Below, piece by piece: positions 1 to 13,206 of a stretch of 64,000 nucleotides of DNA. The DNA is from Lophium mytilinum (taxonomy: Eukaryota). The notes under the pieces are model-generated. The model saw nothing but the letters and a program-made list of their open reading frames with translations, was not told where the DNA came from and ran no database searches. The DNA lies in assembly GCA_010093605.1 (NCBI GenBank), contig MU004202.1, forward strand, positions 11,560 to 75,559, given 5' to 3'. How positions within the stretch are numbered: the first letter of the stretch is position 1; each line of letters begins with the position of its first letter. Made by a program: the position numbers and the translations under genes.

Positions 1-4
1 TCTT

Positions 5-455
5 ATATTATAGTAGTTCTATATAGTGCTAGTTAAGGTCTTATTAAGTATAAGGCTAGTATTATACTAAACTCTTTAAGTAACTTCTATTATTTAGAAT
101 CTTACCTCTATATATAACTGCTACTACTACTATAGCCTATATATTAATTCTAAGTTAATAGATTACTATTATATTATATATTATATATAATTCTTTATAT
201 ATTTCTTTTATACTATATTATAGTAGTTATATATAGTAGTAGTTATACTAATTCTTAAGTATAAGGCTATTCTTATACTAAACCCTTTAAGTAATTTCTA
301 TTCTATACCTGCGCACTCTATAGCCTCTCTATATCTATTTTAAGCTACTACTATAGCTTATAAATTAAATTAAAGTTAATAGAACGCTATTATATTATAT
401 TCTAAGTATTATTCTTTATATGTATACTCTATTTTATATTATAGTAGTTAAATAC
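5..455. repeat. RIP-degraded tandem repeat, ~210-220 bp unit, ~2 copies
   Basis: tattatagtagtt-like start recurs at ~5, ~215 and ~437; ttaagtataaggcta and ctactactatagc each occur twice about 210-220 bp apart. Confidence 0.6.
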
Positions 456-552
456 AGCAGTGTAAAGTTATACTACACGCAATTCTTAAAGGTTAATTTT
501 CTCTATATTAAACTTACTTCTCCCTATCTAACTCTAACTCTCTAGCCCCTAT

Positions 553-3500
553 AATAAGGCGCGTAGATTTATAAAACTTAATATTATAGCCGCCTTTAAC
601 GCTATTTAAATGTGTAATAGTAATAAGAAGTTTATAGTATTTCTTATAAGATATAGCTTATATAAATTTATAGTCTTGCTATTTAGCCTTTATAACACGC
701 CCTCTACCTTCTAAGCCTATATTAATAATATACTATTAAAGTACCTTAATAATTTTACTATAGTCTATATAAATAATATCTTAATATATATAGAGAAGAA
801 TAATAAAAATATATATATAGTATATATACGCAAGGTACTAGCTAAATTAAATAAAGTAGAACTATTTCTTAATATTAATAAGTATAAATTCTAGGTTATA
901 GAAGTTAAATACCTTAAAATAATTATTATAGCTAACGGAATTAAGATAGACCTAGATAAAATTAAGACTATACTTAAATAGCCTATACTATAGAAGCTAA
1001 AGAATATTTAAGCCTTTCTAGAATTCTATAACTTCTATAGACGCTTTATAGGCCTATTCTTTAATATATCTAGTCTATTAACTATACTAATATTACCTAA
1101 GGTTTATTTTATATTTCTATAGCATGCTAACTCTATATAATAGCGCTACTTCTAGGCTATTAAGAATGCCTTTCGCGACGCTCCTATTATTACTTATTTT
1201 AATTCTATATTAAAAATCTATATATACGCTAACTTATCTAATAAAGCTATAGAAGTAGTACTATTATAAATCTAGGCTAATAGTAAACTCTACCCTATAG
1301 TATTTATATTATATAAGATAACTCTATAGTAAATTAACTACTAGATATATAATAAGAAATTACTAGTAATTATACGCGCGTTTAAGAAATAGTAGCTAGA
1401 GCTACTAGGCTTATAAGACGGCTTTAAAGTATTTACTAATTATAAGAATCTTTAGTACTTTATAACTAGTAAGCAGCTTAATTACTGCTAGGCCCGCTAG
1501 GCTAAATTCCTATTTAAATTTAACTTTAAACTCTTCTAGTAAGCTAGTAAGAATAATACTATAGCTAATAGCCTTACACACCGCCCGGGTAATATCGCGG
1601 AGGATATTAGCAACGAGCGCGTTAAGATTAACTACTAGATAATTCTTAAGTCTAAATACCTAGAACTAGGTATAAATTATACTATTAATTTTACCGTAAT
1701 TCTTACTTATAATAAAGTTATCTACTTTATAATTAACCTAGCTATTACCTTCTACGCAATTAGTAAGTTAGAAGATATTAATAAGGTAAAGTATACTTAA
1801 TATCTAATAACTACTAAGAATATAGTTAATAGTAACTAAGGTTAGAAAGCTAAGCTTACTAAGCCGCGCGCTAATAAGGAATTAGGTACTTAGCACGCAG
1901 CATAGTAGAATAGAGGCAAGTTATTAAAAGACTCTCTAGATATAAGTAAAGCTATTCTAGATAATATCTATATTAAATAGTAGATAGACCTAATTATATA
2001 AGTAATTATTATAGCTAAGAAGAATAGAGTATACTACCTTCTATACGCGCTCTATTAGAAGTATAAGCTCTAGCTAGAACTAGGTAACTACTATATTATA
2101 GGGGGCTTAGTCTATATATATAATTAACTATATATCTCTATAGATAAGAGGCTATATATAAGAGCTATTTAGTATATATATAATCTAAGATCTATAGACT
2201 ATAGTAGTACTACCTCTACCTATTTATATATTACCCGCTTTTATTTCTAGCTAGATATAACCTATAATATAGACTATTATATTAGTACCTATATAATATA
2301 TAAGAAAATAAAGTATATTTATATAGGTAAATATAGGCTTCTTAAACCTCTCTCTATAGTAGACTAATACTAGATAAATATTATAGTTAATTTTATTACC
2401 TCTCTACTAATCTATATATATTATAGCCGGAACTATTAGTATATTATAGTTATATATAATAGGCTTTTATATAAAAAGAAGTTTATTACGCTAGACTCTA
2501 TAGAACTAGCTAATATAGCCTAGGCCTTTATTAAATAGATCTAGCAGGAAGAAGAATACCCGCGTAGTATAATTACTAACTAAGAAACCTAATAGATATT
2601 ATATTTCTAGAAACACCTCTATAAGTAACTTAAAACTAGCCTAAAGCTATCTACTACCTTTTATCTAGAGACTAATAGCCTTACTAAGAGTATAAACCTA
2701 GCCCTTAAGTAGTACCTCTAAGTATATATTAACTATAAATAAGATAACTAGGCTAATTTACTTCTAATTACTAAATTTAAGGTAAACGCTAATATTAACT
2801 CTTTAATAAAGGTCGCTCTATTTCTAGTAATAAAGGGCTATATCTCTTAATTAGGCGTTAAGCTAGCTAAGAACTATAATAGAAATAGTTCTATATAATA
2901 GCTATAGTAATAGGCTAATAAACTAATTAATAAACTTAATAGCTTCTAAAAATAGTATTATAAAGAGCTATAATAGGCTTAGGCAAAATAAAAAGAGTAC
3001 GCTAACGCCTATTAGTAACTAGCACCTAAGCTCTAAAAAGGTAATATAGTTATACTAGATTACTGCTTTATTAAAATATAGCGCCTAAATAAGTTACTTA
3101 ACTATAAGCACCTAGGCCTATACTATATTACTAAATATATTAAGAACTACGCCTATAGGCTTAAACTTCTAGAGTATATAAAGATCTTTCTAGTCTTCTA
3201 TCTATAGCTACTCTATTATATAGATAATACCCGTTCTATAAAAGAATAAACCTAGAAGCTACTAGGGCTAGTACTTATTAATAAAGAAAAATATAATTAA
3301 TATAAGGTTAGATAAATTATTACTATATAATATAATAAGAGACGCTATAATTACTAAAACCCTATAAAGGTATAAGGGTTTCTATAATATAAGGCCCTAT
3401 ACCTAGAATATAATATCTAGAACTAAAACCTACTATAGCAAGACTAGAATAAGTTTAATAATAGCCTCTACCTAGTAGCTAACTAGTACTATAAATATAC

Positions 3501-3560
3501 TAGTAAGCCGCCTTATCTAACTTATATATAACTAGCTAACTAGAAGCCGCTTCTTACCTT
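553..3560 (+). mobile_element. RIP-inactivated Ty3/Gypsy (chromovirus) pol: RT-RNaseH-integrase-chromodomain, 5'-truncated
   Basis: Manual translation gives KARRFIKLNIIAAFN...LLFSLYNTPSTF*AYINNIL...VYINNILIY (RIP form of FTKLD..AF / PFGLxNAPSTFQ / YMDD). Also RNase H NY*IYNKKLL, TNYKNL, R*AR*A; integrase GLLKPL, VNFITSL, TNSLTKS; chromodomain-like L*YKALY...*N*NLL* at ~3.3-3.5 kb. Domain order RT-RH-IN is Gypsy. Confidence 0.92.
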
Positions 3561-3992
3561 AATAAGACTATAATATTACTAAGCTACGCCTTATACTAAA
3601 GCTATAACCTAGCCGCTAGTAGCTAAGTTAATAATAATAGGCTCTTTTATTAAGAACTCCTAAGCTTAGATAAAGAGAAGGCTCTACTGCGCGCACTAAT
3701 AGTAGCTAGGTAAGTTACTTAGCTTACTAATAGTTATAGTTCTTTATATAGAACGCGTGCAACCTCTATAGTATATCTACTTAACTCTATAGTATATCTA
3801 CTTAACTTAGTAGCCTTACTATTTTACTTAGTATAGTAGCCTTACTATAGAAAAAGTTTAGTCTTTCTATTCTCTTTAAATCTATAGTTTCTTTTACCTA
3901 TAGACTTTTCTTTTCTCTTATCTATTATTCTATAGCCTTTCTATTTTATATAGAAGAATAGATAGCTATTAAAGAACTATAGATAGTTCTTT

Positions 3993-4206
3993 AAGGGGGG
4001 GGGAGATATAATAGCTATATTCTACTCTCCGCGTAGGCGTATAGCTTGCGCGCTATTATATAAGTAGGCTATTATATAACTACTATTAGTCTATGCGCCC
4101 TAGCTAAACTATAACTTTAGAGCTAGCGCCGCCCTAGCTTCTTATAGATTCTTTCTAGTTATAATTAATAACCTATTTTCTATAACACCCCTTTAGTTCT
4201 ATAATA
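3993..4206 (+). mobile_element. Polypurine tract plus probable 3' LTR of the Gypsy element
   Basis: AAGGGGGGGGGAG at 3993-4005 directly followed by tataatag...ctataata, interpretable as RIP-mutated TG...CA termini. Confidence 0.6.
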
Positions 4207-4680
4207 ATAACTAATACTATAGAAGCTATATAATTTAATTACTAGACTAGTAGTTTAATTAATTTATAAAGAAGGCCTAACTATAGATATATATAATAAT
4301 TAAATATAATATAATAGTATAGACTATTATAATTACTTAGTAGTAGAATAGTAGCTATAAAGACTATATAGCTTCTTATAGCTCTATTATAGCTAGCTCT
4401 AGTTTAAATAAATAAAGCTACTTATAGTAATACTATATATAGTAATACTATATATAGTAATACTATAATAGTAATACTACTATACTAAAATAGTAAGGCT
4501 ATAGCAGGCTATATAAAAATAGAAAAAATAAATAATTATCTATAAATTAATTTATTTTCTTTATTTACTTATAGCTAAAATATAATTAGATACTTTATTT
4601 AATAGATATTTAAGCGTTTATAGATACTCTAGTATAGAAAGAACTCTCTCTTATAAAAGCTTTAATTAGAAGGCTTCTTT

Positions 4681-4865
4681 AGAGGGGGATAATATATTAT
4701 AGCTATATAATTATATATAATATATAACTAGAAATTATAAAATAAAGGCTCTATAAAATGGATATATATTACTTCGCCCTTTAGATTATTATAATATCTA
4801 TTCTAGAAACCCTTTCTTTCTTATATTTATCTTTTATTAATATTAATACTATTTAATTTAATAAT
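4681..4865 (+). mobile_element. Second PPT plus LTR remnant (another LTR element)
   Basis: AGAGGGGGA purine tract followed by tattatagc; right boundary approximate. Confidence 0.4.
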
Positions 4866-4919
4866 TCTAATATTTTAACCTTAAGCTCTAATATAGATTT
4901 TTCTACTACTAAGTACTTT

Positions 4920-6450
4920 TATTATTATTTAGTACTATTACTACGCTAATAGCTATATAAAATAAGCTATTTCTAGTAGTTATAACTTAATATAGCCTAG
5001 TTTTATAAGTATACTTAATATTAGCTAGTAGTTACTATTAAATTTTATTATTTCTATTACTACTATTTATTTTTCTATTATAACTATTTACTTTTCTATT
5101 ACTACTAGTATTACTACTATTTAATTTTCTTTCTTTTTTCTAGTATTACTACTAGTAGCTATATAAAATAAACTAATTCTACTAGTTTTAGCTTATTATA
5201 GCTTAGTTTTACTAGTATACTTAATATTAGCTAGTATTTACTATTAAATCTTATTATATCTATTACTACTATTTACTTTTCTATTACTACTAGTATTACT
5301 ACTAGTTAAATTTTTTCTTTTTCTTAGTATTACTACTAGTAGTTACTTATTATAGTATAGTTTTATTAGTAAGCCTAGTATTAGCTTATTATTACTATTA
5401 ACTTTTATTATTTCTATTACTACTAGTTATTTTTTCTACTATTTAGGTATATTACTAAGCTAGTAGCTATATAAAATAAGCTAATTATACTAGTTTTAGC
5501 TTATTAAAGCTTAGTTTTATTAGTATACTTAATATTAACTAGTATTTACTATTAGGTTATATTATTTCTATTACTACTAGTATAACTACTATTAAAAGTA
5601 TTACTACTAGTAGTAGTAGTATTATTAGTTAGTATTATATTAATTATAGTAATAATTTAATAGTAGAGGTCTACTATATAAAAGTTTAGCTAAAAGAAGT
5701 TACTTCTAAGTATAGGTAAAGTCTTCTAAGCGCGTTCTAAATACTTACTAGGCTATAATAGATTTAGTAGCTTTAAGCCCGTAGAGCCCGCGGTCGCTAC
5801 CTAAAATAGGGTCGAGTACTTCTTAGGTATAGGAAAGGAGCTTTCCCCGCGTTAGCGGCATAACCTTCGCCCGGCTAAGTCGGTCCAGCATATAAATGCA
5901 TTATAGGAGAAGACCTTTAAGCTTTATAAACCCTTACGCTTATCCCACAATTAATGTAAGGCGACAGGATGGAAACTAAGACCGATTTAACGTCGGCATA
6001 ACAGCCTAGCCGGAAAATAAACTTGGCCTCGTTACCCTATAAACCTAATACAGGAAATACTAACAAGAGCCAAGAGGCGCATCTAAGAGCCTTTAGGAGT
6101 AACGAAGTGTAGCACGGTTTTCGGGAGTGCTACGTTAGAGACGAACGGAAGCATGGAACGTCTAAGAAGAGGTCGCGACACAAATCTAACCTCGCAGTTA
6201 GTGGGAATCCCCTTCGCGAGCTCGCGGTGCTCTTGCGACGTAGACAACGCGATAAGCGCTCCCTTATACCTTCGGGTTCTTCGTAGACGTTTCATAATTA
6301 TATTATAGGCTACGGAGCGCTTTCTAAATCCCCAGGCCCTGCATAGTCGCCCCATAGCGTAGGCAGAAGCTTAGAGACGAGATGTAGAATATACGCAATT
6401 GCATCCGCAACACAGGAACAACTGTACGGTCGCGGCTTAGTACATTAGAA
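4920..6450 (-). pseudogene. RIP-inactivated gene with Gln/His-rich tandem-repeat C-terminus
   Basis: Minus frame reads YMLDRLSRAKVMPLTRGKLLSYT*EVLDPILGSDRGLYGLKATK... into runs such as TAG TAG TAA TAC TAG TAG TAA TAG AAA (= QQQHQQQQK if CA->TA is reversed). Stops read in this frame (5466-5950) are TAA/TAG. Repeat unit starts at 4951, 5157 and 5465. Confidence 0.6.
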
Positions 6451-8456
6451 GGTCTAATAAACTCAAAGTGAGTGCGCTACGAAATACTCACATGACAGAG
6501 TTAGGCTTCCAAAACCATGCTCCAAGACGTACACGCACGTTGCAGCACCGACCCGACTCGCGAAGTAATTGAACTTAAGGTCAGGCTGCCGGCAGTCCAC
6601 ACTGCGGAAAACGTCTAACGAAAGAGCGATAATCAGAACCGCTATAGATTCTGCTCGGGGATACATTCCTCGAACCTTTCGTACGGGAGAGATGATAATC
6701 AGGAACGACGTCGACAGCGTCGAGGAATCACTCGGACACGTAATGAAGACCCAAATGGGCGAGCTGGGGAGTGGAAAAGAAATAACCTCACCAAGGCCTG
6801 CGCGAAGACAAACTTGAGCAGCGCAGTTTGGGGACGGTATTGAGAGAGGAAAGGAAGACACAAGCCCGAGGAAAGCTAGCAATAGAACTCTATTGCACGC
6901 TTAGTTTCACCACACGGCGGTATTTAGGAAATGAGAATTGGAAGAGCTCAGCCGCCGCCCGCCGCCCGCCGCCCGCCGTCACACCCGACTCGCGGTCTCT
7001 ACGTCCAACCAAGGACGATGTCAAGTATCCCAATGCTTTGCTGCCGTGTCGTGATTTGCGATAGGTGCATATCTCGAACAGTTCAACGATGTAGAGTTAG
7101 GAGGGCGTCACCTGGCTCCCCGTGCTTACCCAAAACAATAGCTTCCTATCTGTGAAAATATCTAGGCCCTCGTGATCCCCAAATCGATTTCGGCCCTGCT
7201 CATGTTGTCCACAAGACGACAGAAAACTAACCGGCCTCATGAAATGCAACCACCTCTGCCCTGCTCGCATTTCCCGGCAGACTATACCTTCCTATGCGTC
7301 TGAGTATCTATCTTCCCACGAATTTACTTTTGCCATACTCTTATTGATTACTAGACGAAAGGAAGCCAGCCGGATTGAAGTGGCTATGGAGGTAATGGTC
7401 GGAGGCAACCCGCTCCGAGGACATAGTATGCCTTGAGTTGGGCATTTCATACAGTGCGATCTGGGACGGTCTGGAGGGACTTGCTTTGAGCAACCTAGAA
7501 GTTCGGCTCGCAGGCCGTGCATGGGAGCTCTCCAGTGCGATCTGGTGGGTACTCTTTCGGTGCCTTGCTTCAAGACAGCAGCCTGAATGTTCGGCTTGGA
7601 GGCCGTACCGAGGAGGACGATGAGTTGAAGATGAAGAGTGTGCTACTGTTCTTGAGGCAAAAGGAAGCACAGAGCAGCAAACCTACTGTCATACCGGAAT
7701 GGCGCCCCTACCCGCAATTTTGCAACGCTGAGTCGGTTGGAATACATATGTTATACTGCTGACGAAATGGCAAGCAGGTACTTGCCGATAGGTAGAGGGG
7801 AGAGGCTGGAAAGGGACCTGGAAAGGGACGCGGGAGCCCGTCCGCCCATCGATAGGGATGCGAATACGCTTGATCATCACCGACGACACTCCCTTCGGCC
7901 TTTTGATTTGGCTGCGAGCCAATCCTTGACGCGAGTTGCGTACAGTTGGACCGGAGACTCGAGTTTGGGTTCCAGCACCGTAGCCTCAGAAATGCGCCAA
8001 CATTGACGCATCAGCGGCAGTGTTACTAATGTGAAGGAGGGGTGTGCCTTTGATTCCGTGACGACAGGAGGACGTTCGGGCTGTTGATGCTGTAGTGTGC
8101 ACATATTCCAGCGTCGATCATTCGAGTTTTTCTTTACCGGCGCTCCGCGAATGGAGACACCAGACGAGCACACTTGGACGGAGAGCTTACAGAACTATGC
8201 TTCCAGGCGCGCATGCTTATCCTGTCATTCCTCCGGTGGCGACGGGTGATTGGTGGGATTGAGATCCGAATCACGGCAGCGTAGAAGCTCACATCGCCAC
8301 CGCAATGACCCCCTAGCCTCCAGAACCCTAGCATCTCCAGGATGGTACAAGAGATAAGAAGGGGCCGCTTGGAAACTCATGCAAATACACAGAAGATATT
8401 CCCGGGACCGACCTACATGTACGACGCCTCGAGCAATCGTTGAGAGTCTAGGTTCA

Positions 8457-9175
8457 CCCTTTTTAGTAGGCGTACACTCCCCTCTGGTCCAATCTTTTAA
8501 TTGGTCAGGAGGGCTCGGATCACTGCTCCGGCGCTTAATTCTAACGCGCATCTGTACAGCCTCTCCATTATATCGTGTATTCTTTCTATTTCCTGTCGAG
8601 TATATGGGCTATTATACTACTACCTACATGCCTCCAAGCCTATAAGCATGCCAAAACTATCAAAATCGCCCCCTAATACGGCTTAGTTACATTATTCCTA
8701 GCCCTCCTCCATCGCCACCGCCTCCATCGCCGCTTAATCCATGATAAAGCTGAGGAAAAGCGCTATCCTGCCGCTGTACTGCCTTCTTCCATGGTGCTCC
8801 AAAGAGTTGTAGGCCCGTGGCCGTGGCGGCTGTATTGTGGTGGAGGATAAGGATATAAGGATTAATTATTTGTAGCCACGCCGCATTTGGAGAGTCGGAG
8901 GCCTCGGAAGGCCCCTCCGGACCAATCACAAGGTTAGAAGAGAGGGGAGTGTACGTCTACCAAGAAGGGGGGGTACGTCTACTGAAAAGGGGGGGTATAA
9001 ATACCAGCGCCCTTGGCCAGTGTTCAATTAATTGGTGGATATCACCCCCGATTGTCGAGATTAGGCGATTCTCGCCGAGATTCCTCGATTGGTGTTTGGG
9101 GAGTCACAGATCCGAGCGCTCCGGGTCAATCAGAAGATCAGACGTAAGGGGGGGTGCATCTACCAAAGTCGGGGA
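8457..9175. repeat. Three copies of a ~60-bp unit (one inverted, two direct) plus extra GGGG..TAC sub-motifs
   Basis: 8466-8485 gtaggcgtacactcccctct is the reverse complement of 8941-8960 at 19/20. 8905-8965 and 9110-9170 share ctccgg..caatca.aag.t.aga....agggg.gtg..tctacc. 8488-8521 matches the reverse complement of 9109-9142 at about 26/34. Confidence 0.75.
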
Positions 9176-9686
9176 GTGTGAAACTACGATAGGGGATGTA
9201 GAAATACTCGCCCCCAAAATAAACTCATTTATATACCCCGACTCAAAGCGCTACGCCACAATTATAAACAACTCAGTGACTGGGCCTCGGGGATTTACTC
9301 GGCCTGTGTACGGCTCCGTCAGCAAGGACGATGCTGAGATAAGGTGATGAGAGGAAGTGGAGATCCCACGCGACGTCACGTGGATCCGGCTACAAAGGGG
9401 TGAATGCCCTCCTTAAGCTTCTCCAGCGGCCCGGTATCTGGGAAAAAGGACACCTCACGGTGACGCGCCCGAGGTCCATCCAGCAGAGTGAACACCTACC
9501 TATACACCTCCGTCCCATTCACTATCCTCATCATTCTCTACCCCTTCGATGTCTGCTACCGCGTCACTAATGTGCTTTCTCCTTAACGTCCTCCCCTATT
9601 TAAACTCCACTCCATTTGCAAATCTCTATCACACACCCACCCTCCCACACCTCCACACCCTCAAACCCACCAATCTCAAAATCAAA

Positions 9687-10025
9687 ATGTCACACTACAC
9701 CCACCTCTCCTTGCCGACATCCGCAACCGCCGCAGAAATCAAGCGCGCTTACGAAACGCTCTCTGCTCACTATCACCCCGATGCACAAAGCCATGCTGAT
9801 GGCGAGCAGCGCGAGACAGTCTTGAGATTGTACCAAGGGATCCAGGAGGCGTGGGCTGTGCTCAAAGATCCAGCCTCCAAGAAGATATATGACAGGAACC
9901 TGGCGAAACAAGAGAAACTAAGGGGGATCAAGTGGGAGCTTAAAGGGCATGAGTGGAGAGAGTACGAAGCGAGGTGCAGACTCCTTTGGGAGGTGGAGGA
10001 GAAGAAGGGGAAGTCGTGGTCGTAA
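9687..10025 (+). CDS. Small J-domain (DnaJ-like) protein
   Basis: MSHYTHLSLP..ATAAEIKRAYETLSAHYHPD...IQEAWAVLKDP..KKIYD: canonical J-domain with HPD motif; ATG in AAAATG context at 9687. Confidence 0.85.
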   Translation: MSHYTHLSLPTSATAAEIKRAYETLSAHYHPDAQSHADGEQRETVLRLYQGIQEAWAVLKDPASKKIYDRNLAKQEKLRGIKWELKGHEWREYEARCRLLWEVEEKKGKSWS

Positions 10026-10261
10026 GGGATGGGGGCTTGAGATGTGCTATGTACAAGTACATACTCTCTGAGTCAGTCGGTGTTGTGGAACTCAAAGTAT
10101 GATTAGTATCGATCTATCACTTTACTATCCCCTACACATACCTGCAGGCATTAAGTCGCTTTGAATTCGAGTTCGCGACCCAAGCCATCACAAACTCCTT
10201 GACGAGATGCCACATGATTGATCATGATATGCTAAATCATAAGCGTGATCCCTCAACCCCT

Positions 10262-12273
10262 TTAATGCACCATCCCACTCCTCGCCATCTCCTCCACATA
10301 CTTCCCATACCTCCCCACACTCCTCTCCCTCAACCTCTTCCCCCACACCACCATCACCCACACCGTCGCGCACTGCGCCAACCCCACCATCGCCGCCGTC
10401 ACAAACGCATTCTGTAGCCCCATCCCATCAATCCACGGCGTAATCCCGTATCCAATCGCAAAACTCATCGTATTCCTTACTATAATAACCGTCACCATTG
10501 CCTCCCCACTCAACGCGCGGTACGAGTCAATGCAGTACGACACCGACAGCTGAATACCAACCGTGTTAGTCAACGCAACCACCCCCATCGCAAACACACA
10601 CCCAAACCAGTGCACGTGTTGCGCCGCACCGACACCCCAGAGGATGAGGCCAAATGGGATAAGCAGCATGCTCGGCGCGAATAGCCAGAGGCGGTGTTCG
10701 GACTCCAAGATGCCGCCGTTGCGACGGGCTTTCCAGACGACGAAGCGGTCGCCGAGCACGCCGGTGTAGAAGCTGCCGAGGGCGACGCCGACGAGGGGGC
10801 TAAGGTAGGCTAGGCCGACCATGCTGGGCTTGAAGTCGTAGGTGCTGCCGAGGATGAGGGAGGCGGTGGCATTGAGGACGTTGAACCACACGAGGTTGCT
10901 GCCGTAGCTGAAGCCGGCGTAGAAGATTACGGGGAAAGTGAGGAAGATTAGAGGACGGGTGACCATGGCGAGGAGTTCGTTGGGTTTGTGAAGGTCGGCG
11001 GATTGGAAGAGGGCGATTTTGTTGAGGTAGGTTTTCTTGGGTCTATATATGGCTCTTGGTGCCTCTGAAAGACTTGGAGGAGGTGTTTTCTCTGGAAGAT
11101 CGGCCTTTTCGGGATCGGGAGATGCTTCTTGTGCGAACGACGGGGAGCTCGAGAGGTTAGGAGGCGTGCCGGGAGTATGGCGGATGTAGTTGGTTTCTTC
11201 CATTAGAAAGAAAAGGAAGACGAAGCCTATCCCGCAGAAAATGGCACACCAATACTAGATACCCCATTAATTAGTAGTCCCTTCTAGGTTGCGGGAGTCT
11301 TCTCATTACCAGGACCCATTCCCAGCCTTGGCCATCATTGATGAAACCAGCGAAGACGGGCGCGAGGAAATTGCTGCCCGCCAGTAGCAGAGCATACAGT
11401 CCGATATATGTCCCTCTCTCGTGAGTGAAGTACTAGCATAACCGTTAGCACTAATCGTGACTCTTGAAAGTATCTCTTCGGCGAAGCAAATTGCTAATTA
11501 TAAACCTTCCCGCTAATTCAGCCCACGGAGGCGCCCCAAATAATGGTAAACTAGGTGGCAAGGAATTGCTTTCGCCAATCACGCCCCTATTAATAGCCTT
11601 TCCTAGCATAGAGCACAAAGAACGACGCCAAGTGGTGATCTAGCCTCCCCTCACGCTTATCACGAGATTGATAATAGCGCCACGATTGAAGACCCCACAC
11701 AGAAAGTCCTACCAAAGGACCTAAGAATAAACTCACGATATCCGTAACACTAATCTCGCATAGACTCTCAATCGGCGCCCCAAAGAACCCCTGAAGAATC
11801 TTGTTCGCAATCCACTGCCCATTACTTTTCGTATACGGCGCCCACAGCTGGATCGCCATAGTCGCAAGTATACTGAATAGATAGACCGGGCGCTTTCCGT
11901 ACTGCAGCGCCAGCGGCTGCCACACCAAGCATCCCCAGCCGAAGAAGAGAAACATGTACCCGGTCCCAGCGTTCAGGTCCCCAAGCGTGAGGCCGGTGCT
12001 TTCGCTGATAGGTTCGAGCACGGAGTAAATAGCGGCACTGGCGATGCCGACCATGAGCGTGTATACGCACATACATATCGTGCTTAGGGCTTTGCGGCGC
12101 GGGGACCAGTTGAGGGGGTCGTCGGGGTCGGAGGAGGGTGCGGGGACGAGCACAATATCCTTTTGGCCGCCGCGCGCGTGGAGGGCGTGGATGGTGCCTT
12201 CAAGGTCTACGAGGTGGACAGTGCCAGGGACAGGGTCTGGGGTAGCATCAACGGCCTCTATTGGGAGGGACAT
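10262..12273 (-). CDS. MFS transporter (DHA1/HOL1-like)
   Basis: PSSDPDDPLNWS, YGKRPVY and ESEHRLW motifs with many TM segments; GT-AG introns at 11433-11736 and 11255-11309 join the ORF-track fragments. Confidence 0.9.
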
Positions 12274-13206
12274 GTCGAATAGCTAGAGAGTACGAAGAAG
12301 GCAAAATGAAAACAGAGAAGGTTCACGGGAAGTGAGAATTGAAAGGAATAAAACGGCTTTGGATCAGATTTTGAGAGTATGTTACAGTGACGACACAGCG
12401 ATCCAATGGTTGAGGTCTGGAGTGGGGCACGGTGATACCAACGTATCTTCGCGCAACACCACGTATTTCTGATATTGCTCATGCCATTGACAAACTGGAA
12501 AAGTCAAAATCGGTCCGCTCTGAGGTAAGATCAACGCTTTCGCAAGGGACGGGGACGGGATACAAAAGTGGTGTGAAGCTGAGATAAGGACCGCGTAATG
12601 GATGCTCAAGGATTACGATAAGAACAGATAGGAATCCTCGTCAGTTACGAGCTGACCTGCAGCTTCTCGCATACTCGACATATTTGATGAAAAGAGAATG
12701 TAATGATGTTGGTGTTGATGCTGGAAACGGCGAAAGAGAACTTGGGAAAAGAACATCAAAAGAACTTCGGGCCTTAGAATATACGCTTGTCCTCTCTTGG
12801 CTAGCTGCTTTCTATTTCGGGGCCCTGGGGGTCACGGAAGGTCCTCTTGTTTCAACGACACTTCGCGAATGCTAAATCGGACTTCTGCTTGGGAAGGGCG
12901 CTGAGGTACAGCGTGAGGAGGTAGGTGAGGAGAGTGAGGATTAGATAAGCCTGGGAATGCTAATCCATAGCCTTCCCGTGTGAGTATCTTACTTCACCTC
13001 AGACATTAAACCTAGCAAAGAACGTCTTGGGGGCAACCACCCTGAGCGTCGCGCGAACGCCCCTTGTGATCGATTGTTTATATTAAGAGCTGTCATGGAT
13101 ATCCCTAAATCTGGGTGCTTCTACTATCTATATCCTAGCTTCGGCCTGAAAATAAAGACTGCTCTGGTATCTGCTTCTAAACGCTTTCGCGGAAATTTTA
13201 GCATCT

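Larger units (their letters stand above)
1..5800. repeat. AT-rich RIP-mutated repeat block (nested transposon relics)
   Basis: Very low GC, strong excess of TpA and depletion of CpA/TpG, no ORFs in the track; typical of fungal repeat-induced point mutation. Confidence 0.95.

Noticed and set aside
6460..8450. Short ORFs between the RIP block and the repeats
   Set aside because: No recognisable motifs and no consistent exon chain could be built; may be degraded upstream exons of the Gln-rich gene.
9340..9495. U3 snoRNA (GATGAG and AGAGTGA box-like words)
   Set aside because: Boxes A, C and terminal D are not present in the required order.
11433..11736. TPP riboswitch in the long intron
   Set aside because: Conserved CUGAGA and GAU..GAUAAU..AGCG core not found.
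12274..12700. HOL1-type polyamine-sensing uORF (ending PS-stop) upstream of the MFS gene
   Set aside because: Only MA-stop and a long overlapping ORF are present; no PS-stop uORF.
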